Of a stretch of 64,000 nucleotides of DNA, positions 59,293-64,000 are shown piece by piece; the stretch's first letter is position 1; each line of letters opens with the position of its first letter. Under the pieces are notes generated by a model. It was not told the origin of the DNA. It saw nothing but the letters and a program-made list of their open reading frames with translations, and ran no database searches. The position numbers were made by a program, and so were the translations under genes. This stretch comes from a virus. Location of the stretch: positions 91,689-155,688 of the IMG/VR virus record IMGVR_UViG_3300032753_001573; one strand, written 5' to 3'.

Positions 59293-62200
59293 TCATGCTC
59301 CGCCGCCGTTTATAGCGTTGTCGTTTAATCCATATACGGTTGTTGATGCACCGCCGTTGAATACTGTATCATTTATTCCAAATCTCATGCTTGCTGTACC
59401 ACCGTCTGCATATAAAGTCGATAACTCATAAACAGCACTTGCACCGCCGCCATCCATGTTGATATTAACCACTTGGAATGCAGTTGTTTGTTTAGTGCCG
59501 TCTGGGAAGGCTAAACTACCTTGATTGTTAAACTGCCAATAGTTCTGCTCGTGTAGTGATTGATAACGTGTAGATACTCTTACACCATTTGGATCTATCT
59601 CAATAAATGCATTGCTGTTCCAAACTAACGCTATACTGCCGTCGTATCCGTTCGTGCTATCAACTGTAATAGACAATTCTGTACCAGCAGGAGTTGACAT
59701 ATTTGTATCTGTAAATACAAATTCTCCCAAATCTGCTCCAGCTAATGCTACCCAACTGGTGTCTACATAAGTCTCTATTTGATCGTTTGTGATGTTGTAT
59801 ATAAGGTCACCTGGTTTACCAGCTATACCAGGAAGTTCATCATCAGTAAAAGTAGCTAAACCTAGCGGACTAGATTTAATATTAACTCTATTACCCGCTG
59901 TTAAATTGATATCCGTTGGACTTTCAATATTTGAAATACCAAGCTGAGTGCTCTTCAAACTACCTGGTATAGTTAAATTACCAGAGCTGTCAAATTCAAG
60001 AGCATTGCAACTTTCATTATTGGTTGTTATTAGATACAATGATCTATTTTGGAAGGTTCCTACATATCCGCCATCTAGTCCTGCGTATTCTGGCGGTATT
60101 CCGTAGTCATTTGCAAAGTCTACGAATCCCATAATCATAGACGTTTGGCCATCAAAATCTGGTATAGCTATCTTAGCACCAACAGGTGTTGTTAACGCAC
60201 CATTTTCAAAACTCCAAGTGCCGCCGTAATTTCCTGATATTACCCACAATCTGTTGCTATAGTTCTCAGTTACACTAATTGCCGTTGGGTTGAGGGTGCT
60301 GGGATATTGATTAATTGATTGGGGTCCGTGAGTTGCAGATATAGTCGTTGGTGTAAACAATATACCCGATTGATCGTTAAAGTAACTTGCATCAACATAA
60401 CTGTAAGGACCATAAGTTCCTAGCAATGACCCGTCGGTAGGTAACTGAACTGTTATAACATCTGCATTGTTTGAAGTAGGATTGCTAGTATCATTGTCAT
60501 AACTGACATTTGTAAAAGTAAAGCCAGTGATAGCTATTCTATCCTGGAACACACTACCCATTCTATGACCAAAAAATGCATTTGAACTTTCACCGTTGCT
60601 GGTTTCAGATCCAAATGATCTTTGCCATACTATGGATCCACTATTGGTAACCTTTGCAATCATGAGATTATAAGAAACACGATCGCTAGTTTCGCCTGTT
60701 ACATAAACATTGCCTTCTGTATCAAAGTTTAGGTCAAGTCCATATGTATTGCCATTTATGTCAATGCTTAACTGCCAATTGATTGAACCGTCTGGATTGT
60801 GCTGAGTTAATACTGTGCATTCATAATCATCATTATCAACTAATGTGTATACCCAGTTGCCATTTACGGCTACCATGCTGCCGTTAACGTTAGCATTAGA
60901 TACGGTAACTAACTGTAACGGACCATCCCATAGTTGATTACCGTTGTTGTCATATTTGACTAGTATAGGTACATTCCATCCTACACTGACGTTTGAATAT
61001 GTTGATATGACATACACATTACCTGTTGTATCAACATCTACACCGTTGCTATTTCCCGGTAAATCAATAACATCGTTCCAATTTATAGTGTTAGTTGACA
61101 CATTTATAGATACAATTGCTGGGCTGTTGTCATACTCGCCTGCTACATAAACATTGCCTGCATTATCGCAAGCCATGTCGTATCCAGTAAAGTTTTCAAT
61201 ACCAAAACTGTACTGTTGATGTATATCGCCTTGAGGATCAAACGAACCAACATAGAATCCCAACGATGCATCATTGTTTGCTAAGAAATAGATATTACCG
61301 TTTGAATCGATATCTATGCAATCATTGGTTACACAAGCTGGCAGATTCTGTCCATCTCTCCAACGCTTGCTGTACATTAAATCGCCCTGCGGATCATATT
61401 TGAGCAAGAAGCTGTCAGCTTCTTCAAGTGACAGGTCAACTATAGTACCTACAACATATAGATAGCCGCTTGCATCATATACAACGCTAGAACCAAAATT
61501 CTCATTTATTTCAAATCCAATGTCGCCGTAAACATTCCACCAATAATTTGCAGGAGATGTAACACCTATCTGTATGTTGGCAATTACATTGCTGGATAAT
61601 GTAATTGGAGAATCTGGATGTAGTGTGCTAATTGTAGTGTCGTTGAATGTAATGTTACCAGTCGTTGCTATAACATTGCTGTTGAGCGTTAAACTACCTT
61701 GAGCATTTATGCCCAAGGGTTGTCCGCCTAGGTATATGGTTTGACCGCTGATCCACAAACTGCGCCATTGATTTGTAGCACTACCTAGATCAATAGCAGC
61801 ATTGCTGCTAGGCATGAAGGTTGAACTGACCTGTATGTTGCTGCTGTCGGTTGTTCCCATAACATTACCAGTGAAGGTAAAGTTGCCAATATTACCGCTA
61901 CCCCCAACCAGTGCATTGCTACCGTCGCTCCAATTGATAGTACCACCCGCGGGCAGTGTTAGATTACCATTTGAATCAAATTGCCATACCTGCGATATCC
62001 CTGTGTTTCCAGATTGTATATCGATAACAAATAACGGATCTGATTCTATGTACGCATCAAATCCAGTATAGGCAGAGTGTGTATAAGATGTGTCATCCTC
62101 AACATAACCGCCTATATCACTGTTATACACGTAGGTATACGCATATACGTTACCGCCGCCTTTGTTGGTAGTTTGTACAACATTGTTGTTATATACTGTA

Positions 62201-62799
62201 TTGATTAGCTGTCCGGAACTGGTACTGATCACAGTTTGGTTGGTATCAACATATAGACCATTTATGTTGGTATTGTCGTTAAGTACACCAATGCCTGCTG
62301 TATAGGTAGAAGTAGTACCACCCAAAACTATGTTACCGTTACCATCTACTCCGATAGTGTATTGGCTGTTAACACCAGGATCAATAGCAACCATCCCAGC
62401 ATATCCTGGTAGATATACATTCTCTACACCAGTATAGATCAAAGTATTGCCAGCGCTATTAACTATAGCTCTAGATTCGGCTGTGCCGGCACCCATATAG
62501 ATTTGGCTACCGTTGATATTGTTGAAGCCATCTCGAGAAATTTCTGTACCAAATTCAGCTGCGTTTGTTATACCTATACCGCCGCTGTTTAGCTGTGCGG
62601 TATCTGGCATTAGGAACTGATTGTTGTTGAAAGAATAATTTCCTAAACTGGTTGGACCTTGATTTGAGAATGTTATTCCTCCCGGAGTGACATTATCTTG
62701 TATCCTAAGCGTATTAGAATCATCTACGACAATTTCCCCAAATGGACCAACATATACATTGGCGTCTATAGATGATGTGATGCTTCTAAACTTGCGCAT
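59293..62799 (-). CDS. tail-fibre protein with beta-propeller (SBBP-like) repeats
   Basis: Same N-terminus as 48514-53202; repeated D..GNVYV.G and LVKYD..G..LW. Confidence 0.8.
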   Translation of the reverse strand: MRKFRSITSSIDANVYVGPFGEIVVDDSNTLRIQDNVTPGGITFSNQGPTSLGNYSFNNNQFLMPDTAQLNSGGIGITNAAEFGTEISRDGFNNINGSQIYMGAGTAESRAIVNSAGNTLIYTGVENVYLPGYAGMVAIDPGVNSQYTIGVDGNGNIVLGGTTSTYTAGIGVLNDNTNINGLYVDTNQTVISTSSGQLINTVYNNNVVQTTNKGGGNVYAYTYVYNSDIGGYVEDDTSYTHSAYTGFDAYIESDPLFVIDIQSGNTGISQVWQFDSNGNLTLPAGGTINWSDGSNALVGGSGNIGNFTFTGNVMGTTDSSNIQVSSTFMPSSNAAIDLGSATNQWRSLWISGQTIYLGGQPLGINAQGSLTLNSNVIATTGNITFNDTTISTLHPDSPITLSSNVIANIQIGVTSPANYWWNVYGDIGFEINENFGSSVVYDASGYLYVVGTIVDLSLEEADSFLLKYDPQGDLMYSKRWRDGQNLPACVTNDCIDIDSNGNIYFLANNDASLGFYVGSFDPQGDIHQQYSFGIENFTGYDMACDNAGNVYVAGEYDNSPAIVSINVSTNTINWNDVIDLPGNSNGVDVDTTGNVYVISTYSNVSVGWNVPILVKYDNNGNQLWDGPLQLVTVSNANVNGSMVAVNGNWVYTLVDNDDYECTVLTQHNPDGSINWQLSIDINGNTYGLDLNFDTEGNVYVTGETSDRVSYNLMIAKVTNSGSIVWQRSFGSETSNGESSNAFFGHRMGSVFQDRIAITGFTFTNVSYDNDTSNPTSNNADVITVQLPTDGSLLGTYGPYSYVDASYFNDQSGILFTPTTISATHGPQSINQYPSTLNPTAISVTENYSNRLWVISGNYGGTWSFENGALTTPVGAKIAIPDFDGQTSMIMGFVDFANDYGIPPEYAGLDGGYVGTFQNRSLYLITTNNESCNALEFDSSGNLTIPGSLKSTQLGISNIESPTDINLTAGNRVNIKSSPLGLATFTDDELPGIAGKPGDLIYNITNDQIETYVDTSWVALAGADLGEFVFTDTNMSTPAGTELSITVDSTNGYDGSIALVWNSNAFIEIDPNGVRVSTRYQSLHEQNYWQFNNQGSLAFPDGTKQTTAFQVVNINMDGGGASAVYELSTLYADGGTASMRFGINDTVFNGGASTTVYGLNDNAINGGGA

Positions 62800-62886
62800 T
62801 TGGATTACACCTTGTGATATTCTTTGATCATGTTATACGTTATTTAGCTGGTATAGATTTTACATAAACCATGCAATAAATATGGT

Positions 62887-63678
62887 ATGAAGAAATACAG
62901 AAGCATTTGGATAAGTGACTTGCATCTAGGAACAAACGGTTGCAAAGCAGACGATCTGTGTAAATTTCTCAAACAACATGAATGTGAACACTTATATCTA
63001 GTAGGAGATATAGTAGACGGTTGGAAGCTTAATCGAGGATGGTATTGGCCACAAAGTCATAGCAATGTTGTTAGACGACTGCTTACCAAAGCCAAAAGAA
63101 GTACCAATATAACTTATATAACTGGAAATCACGACGAGTTTCTCAGAGATTGGACGAGATTTGGGTTGTATTTGGGTAATGTTAAGATAGTTAATGAGGC
63201 AGAACATATAGGCGTCGATGGAAAACGTTATCTAGTTACTCACGGCGATATGTTTGATGCTGTTACTAGGAATTACAAATGGGTTAGTTTGTTAGGAGAT
63301 TTAGCTTACGAGTTATTAATAAAAGCTAACTCTGTATTGAACAAGACTTGCAAATGGTTTGGTTACGGTTATTGGAGTTTTAGCAGATATATAAAGGTTA
63401 ATGTTAAACAAGCTACTAGTTTCATATTTAAATTTGAAAAACATTTAGCAGAATATGCAGCCAAAGGACAATATCACGGAGTGTTCTGCGGACATATACA
63501 TATGCCAGAGATCAGAAAGATAGACAACATTGTATATCTAAACGACGGATGTTGGGTAGAAAATTGCTCTGCTATAGTTGAAAACTTTGACGGCACTTTT
63601 GAATTGCTTATACAAGGAACAGATGGTGAAATGTATGTAGAGCGCAGATACGATGTAAGTAGTGGAGAGATAGCATGA
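62887..63678 (+). CDS. metallophosphoesterase, PlcP/LpxH-like
   Basis: ISDLHLG, LVGDIVDGW, WYWPQSH, GNHDEFLR, HGDMFD, CGHIH, YLNDGCWVE. Confidence 0.9.
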   Translation: MKKYRSIWISDLHLGTNGCKADDLCKFLKQHECEHLYLVGDIVDGWKLNRGWYWPQSHSNVVRRLLTKAKRSTNITYITGNHDEFLRDWTRFGLYLGNVKIVNEAEHIGVDGKRYLVTHGDMFDAVTRNYKWVSLLGDLAYELLIKANSVLNKTCKWFGYGYWSFSRYIKVNVKQATSFIFKFEKHLAEYAAKGQYHGVFCGHIHMPEIRKIDNIVYLNDGCWVENCSAIVENFDGTFELLIQGTDGEMYVERRYDVSSGEIA

Positions 63679-64000
63679 AAATTTGCTTGGTTACTGATAC
63701 TTGGGATAACGTCAACGGAGTCTGTACTACTCTCAAAAATACTGTGAGAGAATTAACAGCTATGGGACATGATGTGCTGGTAATAGAACCAAGCCAGTTT
63801 AAAACTATCAAAATGCCTAGATATCCTGAAGTTAAACTGAGCATAAACATATGGTCTGTTGGAAAAAAGATAAAGAATTTCAAACCAGATAGCATACATA
63901 TTGCAACAGAAGGTCCATTAGGTATAGCAGCATGTTGGTATTGTAACGTGAAGAAAAATAGTATTCCTCACAACACCAGTTATCATACTAAATTTCCAGA
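63675..64000 (+). CDS. glycosyltransferase family 4 (Agt-like), cut by the window end
   Basis: MKICLVTDTWDNVNGVCTTL...GH.V...P.YPEV.L...HIATEGPLG...SYHTKFP; ATGA overlap with the upstream gene. Confidence 0.88.
   Translation, partial: MKICLVTDTWDNVNGVCTTLKNTVRELTAMGHDVLVIEPSQFKTIKMPRYPEVKLSINIWSVGKKIKNFKPDSIHIATEGPLGIAACWYCNVKKNSIPHNTSYHTKFP

Noticed and set aside
46766-62799. Diversity-generating retroelement suggested by Mtd_N-like domains
   Set aside because: No reverse transcriptase and no template/variable repeat pair differing only at adenines is visible in this window.

Overview
A 64-kb segment of an AT-rich jumbo, T4-superfamily-like dsDNA phage. The host is most likely an alphaproteobacterium, judged from the circularly permuted two-piece tmRNA, alpha-type CCA enzyme and DnaK, ROSE-like leaders and PhaR-like boxes. 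Positions 1-46.7 kb, mostly + strand, carry type II topoisomerase subunits, rIIA, many small early genes behind near-identical sigma70-type promoters and several glycosyltransferases. They also carry an unusually complete translation and proteostasis toolkit: tmRNA, TilS, CCA-adding enzyme, IF3, bS21, an Smr protein, an ArfA-like peptide, ClpX, ClpS, Hsp20, cyclophilin and DnaK. Positions 46.8-62.8 kb, - strand, hold a mosaic tail-fibre/adhesin cluster with an S8 protease. The window ends in a PlcP-like phosphoesterase and GT4 pair. The strongest unannotated signals are: (1) a phasin-like operon with two PhaR-type palindromes beside its promoter; (2) a preQ1-I-like pseudoknot leader before queD; (3) a possible three-route ribosome-rescue set with a variant tmRNA tag; (4) matching bulged-G thermometer hairpins before both hsp20 and dnaK; (5) many apparently leaderless late genes; (6) about seven point lesions confined to accessory genes. 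All calls come from reading motifs by eye; no searches or folding programs were run.
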